Positions 9,837-17,644 are shown, counted from the stretch's first letter. The stretch: DNA of 64,000 nt from Patescibacteria group bacterium (GCA_018817715.1 JAHITT010000004.1:125784-189783), one strand, 5' to 3'. The notes: generated from the sequence alone by a model not told the origin. Numbers and translations: made by a program.

Positions 9837-9973
9837 TGTAAATAATAGATCTTTGATAGTATTATAGCGTCAATTTTGCCCTCGTAGTTTCCGCCCAAGG
9901 CGGATCAGCCTCTGGCTGACAAGGGTATAAATTATGTAATTAATCATCATTTATTCACCATGTTATTTATTTT

Positions 9974-10048
9974 GCCCTCGTAGTTCAATGGATAGAACGC
10001 GAGCTTGCGGAGCTTGTGATGTAGGTTCGATTCCTACCGAGGGCACCA
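9974..10048 (+). tRNA. tRNA-Arg (anticodon GCG as read), with CCA encoded.
   Basis: The sequence folds as a cloverleaf: acceptor GCCCTCG/CGAGGGC, D-arm GTTC-AATGGATA-GAAC, anticodon stem CGAGC/GCTTG, loop TTGCGGA, T-arm GTAGG-TTCGATT-CCTAC, then A-CCA. Confidence 0.8.
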
Positions 10049-10167
10049 CGTAGGAAAAGTCAAAGAGTTTTGGTTCGCCTCGCTTCGCTCGGCGACTAAT
10101 TTGTATTCAATTTTGGGGGAAGAAAAGTTTTTAATCATAAAGTCGAAAATTAATCAAGAATTTTAAT

Positions 10168-10839
10168 ATGAATACTCAAAAAGGATTTGCAAACATTGTT
10201 TTGATTGTAATTGTTGTTGGCATTGTCGCTGTTGGTGGATATTTTGTTTTTTCTAAAAAATCAGTAACGCCGACTCAAAACGTAACCGATCAGACCACAT
10301 CTACGGACACTCCTATTAGTAAAAAATCGGTGATACAAGTTCCTTTCATTGATATGGGCGGCTCGGTTGGCTTTGGGGACAAAGTAGGTTATGACCAAAA
10401 TGCCATGAAGAAGGCTTACGAAACAGGAGAACTGATTGGTTGTGGCGATAAAGTTGTTTACGTCAGTAAAGAAGTTACGGCAACAACTCAACCACTCGCC
10501 GCCGCTTACAAAGAACTTTTTGCCACTGGAGCCACTGTGCGCTTTGCAGGAAAGGAACTTGCCAATCCAATCGCAGACCAAGCGAAGGAACGAACTATCA
10601 CTTATGAAAACAGGCCTGCCGATGTCTTCAAGCCACTGCGTTTCATCAAGGCAGAAATCCGTGGTAATGTAGCAATGGTTTATCTTGAAGGTGATCTTGT
10701 TTCTAATGAATGCAATGATCCGCGTGTTGAAGCACAAATTATTTTTACAGCAAAGCAGTTTACTAACATCAGCGAAGTCAAAACCTATTTGAACGGCAAA
10801 GAATTTAATTGGCGTGCATGGATGGATCAACGAGGATAA
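10168..10839 (+). CDS. Hypothetical secreted or membrane-anchored protein with a pilin-like N-terminus; possibly horizontally acquired.
   Basis: 223 aa. The N-terminus is MNTQKGFANIVLIVIVVGIVAVGGYFVF (KGF + hydrophobic helix, no E5). GC content and codon usage are visibly higher than in neighbouring genes. It lies immediately downstream of tRNA-Arg. Confidence 0.45.
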   Translation: MNTQKGFANIVLIVIVVGIVAVGGYFVFSKKSVTPTQNVTDQTTSTDTPISKKSVIQVPFIDMGGSVGFGDKVGYDQNAMKKAYETGELIGCGDKVVYVSKEVTATTQPLAAAYKELFATGATVRFAGKELANPIADQAKERTITYENRPADVFKPLRFIKAEIRGNVAMVYLEGDLVSNECNDPRVEAQIIFTAKQFTNISEVKTYLNGKEFNWRAWMDQRG

Positions 10840-11082
10840 CATTTGATCTATTTTCATTTTTTCAAAGAATTTGCCGCCAAGGAAAAACTTGAAATTGTCA
10901 GCGGTGTGGCTCCACCGCCTTTCCGAATTTTCGCGGAGGACTTCCTCGCCACCTGCGGCGGCGAAATGCGTTCGGACTAATTCAAGAATACTGCACCAGA
11001 AAACTATTTTAAAACCAGACAATGTATATTGTTTGTTTTTTATTTAATTGGCTTTTACAAAAATAACAGCCATAATGTATTT

Positions 11083-13131
11083 ATGAATAATTTAGCCAAA
11101 TCTTTAACTGATTTTAAGGGCGTAGGCCCGGTTCTACTAAAAAAATTAAACAAACTTGGGCTTAATACTGCTCAAGACTTATTATGGCACCTACCAACCA
11201 GATATGAAGATTTTTCCAATATTAAAAAAATTAAAGATTTAAAACCTAATGAAAAAATAACTATTAAAGGTAAAATTCAAACCATAAAAACCCAACGGCT
11301 CTGGCCACGACGATTAACTTTAACCCAAGCCTTATTAAATGACGGTAGCGGCACTATAAAAGCTATTTGGTTTAATCAACCTTATTTAGCTAAAAATTTA
11401 AAACCAGGTGAAGAAATTTGGTTATCTGGCCAATTAAAAGCCACCACTTATGGCCAGCAATTAGAACAACCTCATTATGAAAAATCATCCTCTCAAAAAA
11501 CCACTACTGCAAACCATTTAATACCTTATTATCCTTTAAGCGATGGCCTAACCCACCATACTTTTAGGCAATTAATAAAACAAATCCTGCCTTATACGCC
11601 GAGTTTAACAGATTGGCTACCAACAGAAATAAAAAATAAATTTAAGCTGCTCCACCATTCTAAAATGCTTACAGAGCTCCATTTTCCATCTGACAAAATA
11701 TCCTTAAGCCAAGCCAGGCGACGGCTAGTCTTTGATGAATTGTATTTAACCAGTTTACAAAATAATTTAGCCAAAATTAAAAGGGAGCAAAAAGAAGCGC
11801 CGCCTATGCCCTTTCAACCAGCCTTAAAAAATTTCGTTAACAAATTACCCTACCAGTTAACTAGTGACCAAAAAATAGCTGCCTGGGAAATAATAAAAGA
11901 TTTAGAAAAAGATAGTCCCATGTTCCGCTTATTACAAGGTGATGTTGGCTCGGGTAAAACAGTGGTAGCCGGCTTAGCCGCTTTAAATTGTTTCCTTAAC
12001 AACTACCAAACTGCTTTATTAGCACCGACCGAGGTATTAGCCAATCAACATTTTAACACCTTAAAAAAAATGCTGGCTGATTTTGATATTTCTTTAGCTC
12101 TACTAACCCAAGGACAAAGTTTAACAAATAATGACAATAAAATAAGTAAGGTTAATCTAAAAAAACTATTGGCTGACGGAAAAATAAATATTATTATCGG
12201 CACCCATACTTTATTGAAACCGGCTATAAAAATACCGCAATTAGGCCTGGTTATTGTAGATGAACAACACCGTTTTGGTGTTAACCAAAGACAAATTTTA
12301 ACCACTAAAAACAAAACACTTGCCCCGCATTTCCTGTCTTTAACTGCCACCCCAATTCCCCGCTCCTTAAGTTTGGCGCTGTATGGCGATTTAGCTATAT
12401 CTTTAATAAAAAAATTACCACCCGGCCGTAAGGCTATTATCACCAAAATAATTACCGACCGACAAAAAAAAGAAGCCTACCAACTGATTGAAAAAGAAAT
12501 TGCCTTAGGTAACAAGGTTTTTATTATTTGTCCTTTGGTGGAAGAAAGTGATTTATTAAACGCTACGGCAGCTAATCAAGAACACACCAGATTACAAAAA
12601 GAAATTTTTCCTAATATAAAATTAGGCTTATTGCATGGCCGTTTGAATAGTGCTGCTAAACAGCAAGCTTTAACAAATTTTAAAAACGGCCACACGCCTA
12701 TATTGGTGGCCACCTCGGTGGTGGAGGTTGGTTTAGATATACCCGAAGCTACTGTTATGGCCATAGAAAACGCCGAAAGGTTCGGCCTGGCCCAGCTACA
12801 CCAACTACGCGGTCGAATTGGCCGATCTAACCTAGACAGCCATTGCTTATTAATAACTAATAATGCTAAAAATGAACGTCTAACCGCCATGATTAAATAC
12901 CCCAATGGTTTTGATTTGGCTGAATTTGATTTAAAAACCCGAGGCCCGGGCAGTCTTTTGGGGGCTACTCAATCCGGTTTTATTAAATTAAAATACTGGG
13001 AACTGGTTAACAGTGAAATTATTAAAATAGTCCGCCAAGCAGTCTTACAAACTATTTCTTTAGATGCAACTTTACAAACCTGGCCTGAACTTAAACTTAA
13101 AATTAAACAAGAAAATACCCATTTAGAATAA
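11083..13131 (+). CDS. recG: ATP-dependent DNA helicase RecG.
   Basis: It has an N-terminal wedge/OB region and the helicase motifs GDVGSGKT, VIVDEQHRFGV and LTATPIPRSL. The start is taken at the MNNLAK ATG (the track ORF begins at 11029). Confidence 0.85.
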   Translation: MNNLAKSLTDFKGVGPVLLKKLNKLGLNTAQDLLWHLPTRYEDFSNIKKIKDLKPNEKITIKGKIQTIKTQRLWPRRLTLTQALLNDGSGTIKAIWFNQPYLAKNLKPGEEIWLSGQLKATTYGQQLEQPHYEKSSSQKTTTANHLIPYYPLSDGLTHHTFRQLIKQILPYTPSLTDWLPTEIKNKFKLLHHSKMLTELHFPSDKISLSQARRRLVFDELYLTSLQNNLAKIKREQKEAPPMPFQPALKNFVNKLPYQLTSDQKIAAWEIIKDLEKDSPMFRLLQGDVGSGKTVVAGLAALNCFLNNYQTALLAPTEVLANQHFNTLKKMLADFDISLALLTQGQSLTNNDNKISKVNLKKLLADGKINIIIGTHTLLKPAIKIPQLGLVIVDEQHRFGVNQRQILTTKNKTLAPHFLSLTATPIPRSLSLALYGDLAISLIKKLPPGRKAIITKIITDRQKKEAYQLIEKEIALGNKVFIICPLVEESDLLNATAANQEHTRLQKEIFPNIKLGLLHGRLNSAAKQQALTNFKNGHTPILVATSVVEVGLDIPEATVMAIENAERFGLAQLHQLRGRIGRSNLDSHCLLITNNAKNERLTAMIKYPNGFDLAEFDLKTRGPGSLLGATQSGFIKLKYWELVNSEIIKIVRQAVLQTISLDATLQTWPELKLKIKQENTHLE

Positions 13132-13204
13132 TTCCAGAATCTAAAAATTATTTTTTAAAATTAAAAATCCTAACGTCTAATACTTAGAATTATGACTTTT
13201 TACA

Positions 13205-13262
13205 AATACTTCCATACTTCCCAGTATCAAAGAATTTCCCTTAATTCTTAATTCTAATCTAT
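13205..13262. repeat. Left copy of a repeat unit (AATACTTCCATACT ... TTAATTCTTAATTCTAATCTAT) that flanks the recG-radA mini-cassette.
   Basis: The same core (aatacttccatact) and TTAATTC-TAATTCT-AATCTAAT tail recur at 13941..14098. Confidence 0.5.
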
Positions 13263-13269
13263 CCAACTA

Positions 13270-13298
13270 TTGACAAATTGCTTAAACTGTGATACAAT
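13270..13298 (+). promoter_or_regulatory. Near-consensus sigma70 promoter: TTGACA, a 17-nt spacer, then TACAAT with an upstream TG.
   Basis: ttgacaaattgcttaaactgtgatacaat; the -35 is at 13270-13275 and the -10 at 13293-13298. Confidence 0.55.
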
Positions 13299-13515
13299 GT
13301 TATATTAAAATAAATAAACTCTTTAACAATTTGTGCAAGCAGGGTATAAACACGTGTCGGTGGCTTCCTCCACCAACGTGCTGCGCAGCTTACCCTGTTT
13401 GTATTTCAAAATAAACAACATTCACAAACGAAATGGAGGAAAAATGTTTAATTCAAGTTAAAAAACATTACTCACAATTTTAATCAATCACTATAATGTA
13501 AAACCTGGAGAAAAA

Positions 13516-13833
13516 ATGGAAAAATTTAGAATAGGCTACTTAATGAATGGTGGGCCCAAAGAAATACCAATAAACATAAATAAAAATCTTCTAATAATTA
13601 CACCAGAAGAAAAAGAAATATCTTTGAAAGAATTTATTGAAAAACAAGTTAAACAAAAAAATAAATTCATCATTGATGACATACGAATTCTGGAAAAATT
13701 AGCAAAAGATGGTATTTTACTCGAAAAATGTCATATCGAAAAATCTATCAGACGTTTAGCATTAACCAAAGATCTTATAGCTGAAGGAGACGTTGATTCA
13801 GCTATAATCCATTATCAAGTAGCACTCCCCTAA
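13516..13833 (+). CDS. Hypothetical small protein (105 aa) carried on the mini-cassette.
   Basis: An RBS ggagaaaaaATG precedes it. The ORF is AT-rich and followed by a strong terminator. There is no recognisable motif. Confidence 0.4.
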   Translation: MEKFRIGYLMNGGPKEIPININKNLLIITPEEKEISLKEFIEKQVKQKNKFIIDDIRILEKLAKDGILLEKCHIEKSIRRLALTKDLIAEGDVDSAIIHYQVALP

Positions 13834-13896
13834 AATTGTGAGTAATTAAGTAATTTATCAGTTTTAAATTACGTAAATTACCCCCCATAATCACAG

Positions 13897-13931
13897 CCGG
13901 CCACCCCGTAAGGTGTCCGGTTTTCTTTTTT
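13897..13931 (+). terminator. Rho-independent terminator.
   Basis: ccggccacc-ccgtaa-ggtgtccgg forms a 9-bp stem with 1 mismatch, followed by TTTTCTTTTTT. Confidence 0.7.
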
Positions 13932-13940
13932 ATAAACCAC

Positions 13941-14098
13941 TAATACTTCCATACTCGCAAGTATGGAAGTATTAGCTAAAAATCGTGACTCTGATTGCTT
14001 TAATCATCATCCCACTCCGCCAGTTGGCGGACACGGGATAAAAACGAAGCTTTTATTCGTGATTCTTAATTCGTAATTCTTAACTCTAATTTATTATC
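13941..14098. repeat. Right copy of the cassette-flanking repeat; it includes a perfect 15-bp-stem hairpin.
   Basis: taatacttccatact-cgca-agtatggaagtatta (13941..13974) is followed by gattcttaattcgtaattcttaactctaatttat, similar to 13241..13262. Confidence 0.5.
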
Positions 14099-14100
14099 CT

Positions 14101-15453
14101 TTATAACCAATCCATTACCTCAAACAAATTGCCAACCACGGAAATTTCTAATACCTTGGGAAACTTTATATTATTAGGCAATTTTGAACAAAGAACTTGT
14201 TTAAAACCCAAACGAGCGCTCTCCTGTAATCTTTTAGGCATATTATTAACTGCTCTTATTTCCCCGCCTAAACCCACCTCGCCAAAAACCACTAAATCTT
14301 TAGCCAGTGGTTTTTTTTGCCGAGCTGATATAACAGCTAAACAAACCGCTAAATCCAAAGCTGGTTCTCGACTTTTTAAACCTCCAGCTAAATTAACATA
14401 AACATCATTATAACCAAATTTAAGACCAACTTTTTCTTCTAAAACAGCTATTAACAATTGTAAACGGGCACTATCATAACCAGTTGTAGCTCTTTTGGGG
14501 TAATTCAATTTAGTTACTCTAGTCACCAAAGCTTGCACTTCCACCAACAAACTGCGCGAACCTTGCTGCAGGGCTGTAATACAAGAACCAGCACCAGCGT
14601 GCCGATCGTCTAAAAATAAAGCTGAGGGATTGTTTACTTCTATTAAGCCTCCTTCCTCCATTTGAAAAACCCCTACTTCATCAGTGGAACCAAATCTATT
14701 TTTAGTCGCCCGTAAAATTTTAACCGACTGCTTATCTAAACTTTCTAAACTTAACACCACATCTACCAAATGCTCAATTGTTTTAGGCCCAGCCGCCTGG
14801 CCAGATTTTATAACATGACCAATTACCATAACAGCTGTTTTGGTTTCCTTGGCCAAAGCTACTAAATCACTCAAAATACTTTTTAATTGATTAGGCGAAC
14901 TGGAACCGACTAATGAATCCTCCGAAACCACCGTTTGTAAAGAATCTATTATTAATAATTTTACAGAATTTTGCCGAACCGCTTGGGCAATAGCCTGAAT
15001 ATTTGTTTCTGCAGTAAAACCTAATTTATCACCTTTAACTTTAAGCCGCCTAGCTCTTTGCTCAATTTGTTCTAAAGCTTCTTCGCCCGAAGCATATAAA
15101 ACTGGTTGGCTACAACTATCAGCCAAAGCTAAAAGTAGAGTAGATTTACCCGCTCCCGGCTCACCAGTTAATAAAGTAACTCCTCCTTCCACTAAACCAC
15201 CACCTAAAACTCTATCCACTTCATTTAAACCAGAAACAAAACGCTTTAAAGATAAATTGCTACCAAGTCTTAAAGAAGTTACGCCGGCCGCTTTGGTTGT
15301 TTTAAGAGAGGAAATTGATTGAGATTTAATTATGGTTTCTGGTTGGCTGGCAATGGTACCGAACTGGCCACATTCAGAACAACGGCCCAACCAGGTAGCC
15401 TGTTGGGCATCACAATTAGAACAAGTATAAATAATCGTTGTTTTAGCCGCCAT
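14101..15453 (-). CDS. radA: DNA repair protein RadA/Sms.
   Basis: It has an N-terminal C4 zinc finger (CSNCDAQ...CSECGQ), a Walker A motif GEPGAGKST, a RecA-like core and a Lon-protease-like C-terminal domain. Confidence 0.9.
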   Translation of the reverse strand: MAAKTTIIYTCSNCDAQQATWLGRCSECGQFGTIASQPETIIKSQSISSLKTTKAAGVTSLRLGSNLSLKRFVSGLNEVDRVLGGGLVEGGVTLLTGEPGAGKSTLLLALADSCSQPVLYASGEEALEQIEQRARRLKVKGDKLGFTAETNIQAIAQAVRQNSVKLLIIDSLQTVVSEDSLVGSSSPNQLKSILSDLVALAKETKTAVMVIGHVIKSGQAAGPKTIEHLVDVVLSLESLDKQSVKILRATKNRFGSTDEVGVFQMEEGGLIEVNNPSALFLDDRHAGAGSCITALQQGSRSLLVEVQALVTRVTKLNYPKRATTGYDSARLQLLIAVLEEKVGLKFGYNDVYVNLAGGLKSREPALDLAVCLAVISARQKKPLAKDLVVFGEVGLGGEIRAVNNMPKRLQESARLGFKQVLCSKLPNNIKFPKVLEISVVGNLFEVMDWL

Positions 15454-15462
15454 TTATTTAAA

Positions 15463-16953
15463 TTATGTACATTTATCACTGCCAGCTGGTTTATCTTTAC
15501 CAGCCTGCCAGCGGGCTGTACCCCATTCAAAATGCCACCATTCACCACAATATCTAACCCAACCAACTTCTGACATAACTTGCTGTAATAAAGATATATC
15601 AGTCCAAACATCATTGGGTACTAAATTAATAGACGGCCGGGCAAAAGCCGAACTAATATAAGGACAACTTTGTCCTTGCAGACAAACATCCACTGCCCCG
15701 CCGGTTAAATGAGGTGCGGCACAACTAGGATAGGCCACAAAACTTCGAACCTTATCCGCACCATGTTTAGCTATACCTTCATTAAACAGTTTAGTTTGCG
15801 TAGCCAAACTTCGATGTGCTGAATTGATTTGTAAGGTTTTATTATATTGTGTTTTTAATATGTTTTGTACTTCCAATAATTTTTGATAAGCCTCCTTATT
15901 AAGCCTAGGGTCGCTGGCATAAACCGCGCCAAATTTTTTGGTTTCTATAGCTGTTAAATTATCTTCATTGGCGCATTTATTTTGATTGCTTGCCGCCGCA
16001 TCACTGTCTGAACCAGTTTTGGCTATAATAGTATCCTCTCTGGTAATTGTTTCCAATTTTAAATCCTTAAATTCAACCAAAGCCGGATTAATTAATTGCA
16101 GTAAAGAATAAGACATTAAAGCAATTACTAAACCAACAATAGCGCTAATAATAGTAGAATTGGCGTTTTTGATAGTTTCGGCGCTACCAGCCGCGGCAAT
16201 ACGTTTAAAACCGCCCCACATTATCATAACCACGGCTATAACAGCTATTAAACCAGTAAAAAATTTATAAAAATCCGCTATATATTGACCTAAAGTATTC
16301 CCTGTTACTACCACAGGTTTACCAGCAGTAAAAATCGTACCCGGTATAGTAACTTGCGGAACGAATTCTGTTGTTTTAGATTCTTGGCTTTGGTTTTGTG
16401 TAGTATTATAACTGTCAGCTGGCATCACACAACCTAATTGCAACACTACTCCATTATCACCATATATCTCTTGACAAGTAGATGGACTACAACAATTTAA
16501 ATTACTACAAGCCGCCCCAACTAGACCTAACAATCCCTCCCAAAGTGACGGAGATTTAAATTCTCCAGGACTTACACAATCAATATTAGTACTAACAGCT
16601 GTAGCATCCGGCACTGTTTCATTAAAAGTATTAAAACTAACACATTTATAAACTTTGGAACCCTGACCTATGTCTTTTTGGCAACAAGCTTTACCAGAGA
16701 TAGCTGAAATAGAACAACCATTACAGTCTACGGCATTAGCCGAACCATAACCACAAACATCTACACCAGCTTCATTTTTTTGACAAGCCGAGGTAACAGG
16801 TGAGCTAAAACCTAGTTCATAACCTTCTGCCTGACAAGCCTGAACAGCTTTAGAAGTCGGATCCGATTGAGCTAAAACAAAAGTCGGCCAAGCAACTAAC
16901 CAACTGACAATCAATAATAAATAAACAACTTTCTGTTTCATATTAATAACCAC
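15463..16953 (-). CDS. Secreted Cys-rich protein with an internal two-helix membrane hairpin (VirB2/TrbC-pilin-like) and a C-terminal LAS/M15 (VanY-type) peptidoglycan peptidase domain. It is a candidate T4SS-associated cell-wall hydrolase.
   Basis: It has a signal peptide and an N-terminal region with many Cys. The hairpin reads FYKFFTGLIAVIAVVMIMWGGFKRIAAAGSAETIKNANSTIISAIVGLVIALMSYSLLQLI. The C-terminal domain contains SAHRSLATQ...AYPSCAAPHLTGGAVDV, matching the SxHxxGxAxD motif of M15 peptidases. Confidence 0.6.
   Translation of the reverse strand: MVINMKQKVVYLLLIVSWLVAWPTFVLAQSDPTSKAVQACQAEGYELGFSSPVTSACQKNEAGVDVCGYGSANAVDCNGCSISAISGKACCQKDIGQGSKVYKCVSFNTFNETVPDATAVSTNIDCVSPGEFKSPSLWEGLLGLVGAACSNLNCCSPSTCQEIYGDNGVVLQLGCVMPADSYNTTQNQSQESKTTEFVPQVTIPGTIFTAGKPVVVTGNTLGQYIADFYKFFTGLIAVIAVVMIMWGGFKRIAAAGSAETIKNANSTIISAIVGLVIALMSYSLLQLINPALVEFKDLKLETITREDTIIAKTGSDSDAAASNQNKCANEDNLTAIETKKFGAVYASDPRLNKEAYQKLLEVQNILKTQYNKTLQINSAHRSLATQTKLFNEGIAKHGADKVRSFVAYPSCAAPHLTGGAVDVCLQGQSCPYISSAFARPSINLVPNDVWTDISLLQQVMSEVGWVRYCGEWWHFEWGTARWQAGKDKPAGSDKCT
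16096..16272. repeat. A ~177-bp segment nearly identical to 20092..20268. It is an intragenic duplication or gene-conversion tract encoding the shared membrane hairpin.
   Basis: Direct comparison by eye shows about 90% nucleotide identity (ttgcagtaaagaataagacattaaagc...ccgcggcaatacgtttaaaaccgccccacattatcataacca...). Confidence 0.7.
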
Positions 16954-17593
16954 TTAACAAATCATTTAGTTCCGTTTGTGTTAAAATGCCACTATGCACC
17001 CGACCATTAATTATATAATAAGGTGTACCATCTAAACCAACCGACCGACCTTCCATAATATTCCTTTGAATTAATGGCAAAGTTTCGTTATTACTCAAGC
17101 AAGTTAAAAATTTAGGCATATTTAATTTTAAATCATTAGCGATTGATTCATACACGAAATCACTTAAACTAGATTGATTTTGAAAAAGTTTATCATGATA
17201 ATCCCAAAATTTACCCTGCAGCGAGGCACACTGAGCCGCTTTAGCAGCCGGCAAAGACTGCTCGTGTTCGGCCAAAGGAAAATCTTTCCAAACTAAACTA
17301 ACTCTATCTTTATTTTGGGCAACCATCACAGACAATAAAACAGCCATTTGAGCACAATAAGGACAAGTAAAATCGCTAAACTGAACAATCGTTAGTTTGG
17401 CTCCATTTTTTACTCCTCTTACTGGGTCAGCTGGAAAAATAGTCACCTCACTAGGATTTTTAGGTTGAACTTTTTCTGTCGGCTGTTCCAAAACTGGATT
17501 AATTATTTTTGATTGCTCTTTTAAATTAAAAAAAATCACGACCAACAAAACCACCGCTAATAAACCAAACCAGAAAGAAATTTTTTTTAACAT
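16943..17593 (-). CDS. DsbA-family thiol:disulfide oxidoreductase, membrane-anchored.
   Basis: 216 aa with an N-terminal TM, the CxxC active site FSDFTCPYCAQM and a thioredoxin-fold length. Confidence 0.7.
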   Translation of the reverse strand: MLKKISFWFGLLAVVLLVVIFFNLKEQSKIINPVLEQPTEKVQPKNPSEVTIFPADPVRGVKNGAKLTIVQFSDFTCPYCAQMAVLLSVMVAQNKDRVSLVWKDFPLAEHEQSLPAAKAAQCASLQGKFWDYHDKLFQNQSSLSDFVYESIANDLKLNMPKFLTCLSNNETLPLIQRNIMEGRSVGLDGTPYYIINGRVHSGILTQTELNDLLSGY

Positions 17594-17644
17594 AAAATAT
17601 TAAAACTTAAATCCTAAATAAATCCCAAATCACAATTTCCAAAC

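Noticed and set aside
9878-9925. A possible additional tRNA gene upstream of tRNA-Arg.
   Set aside because: Only the first 12 nt match a tRNA. The rest lacks D, anticodon and T arms, so it is a fragment or tRNA-like element, not a functional tRNA (reported as a finding instead).
10261-11022. A 253-aa minus-strand ORF antisense to the 10168..10839 gene.
   Set aside because: Its translation is compositionally implausible (rich in C, F and W, with no motifs). The plus-strand ORF has a TM helix and protein-like composition, so this is a shadow ORF on higher-GC DNA.
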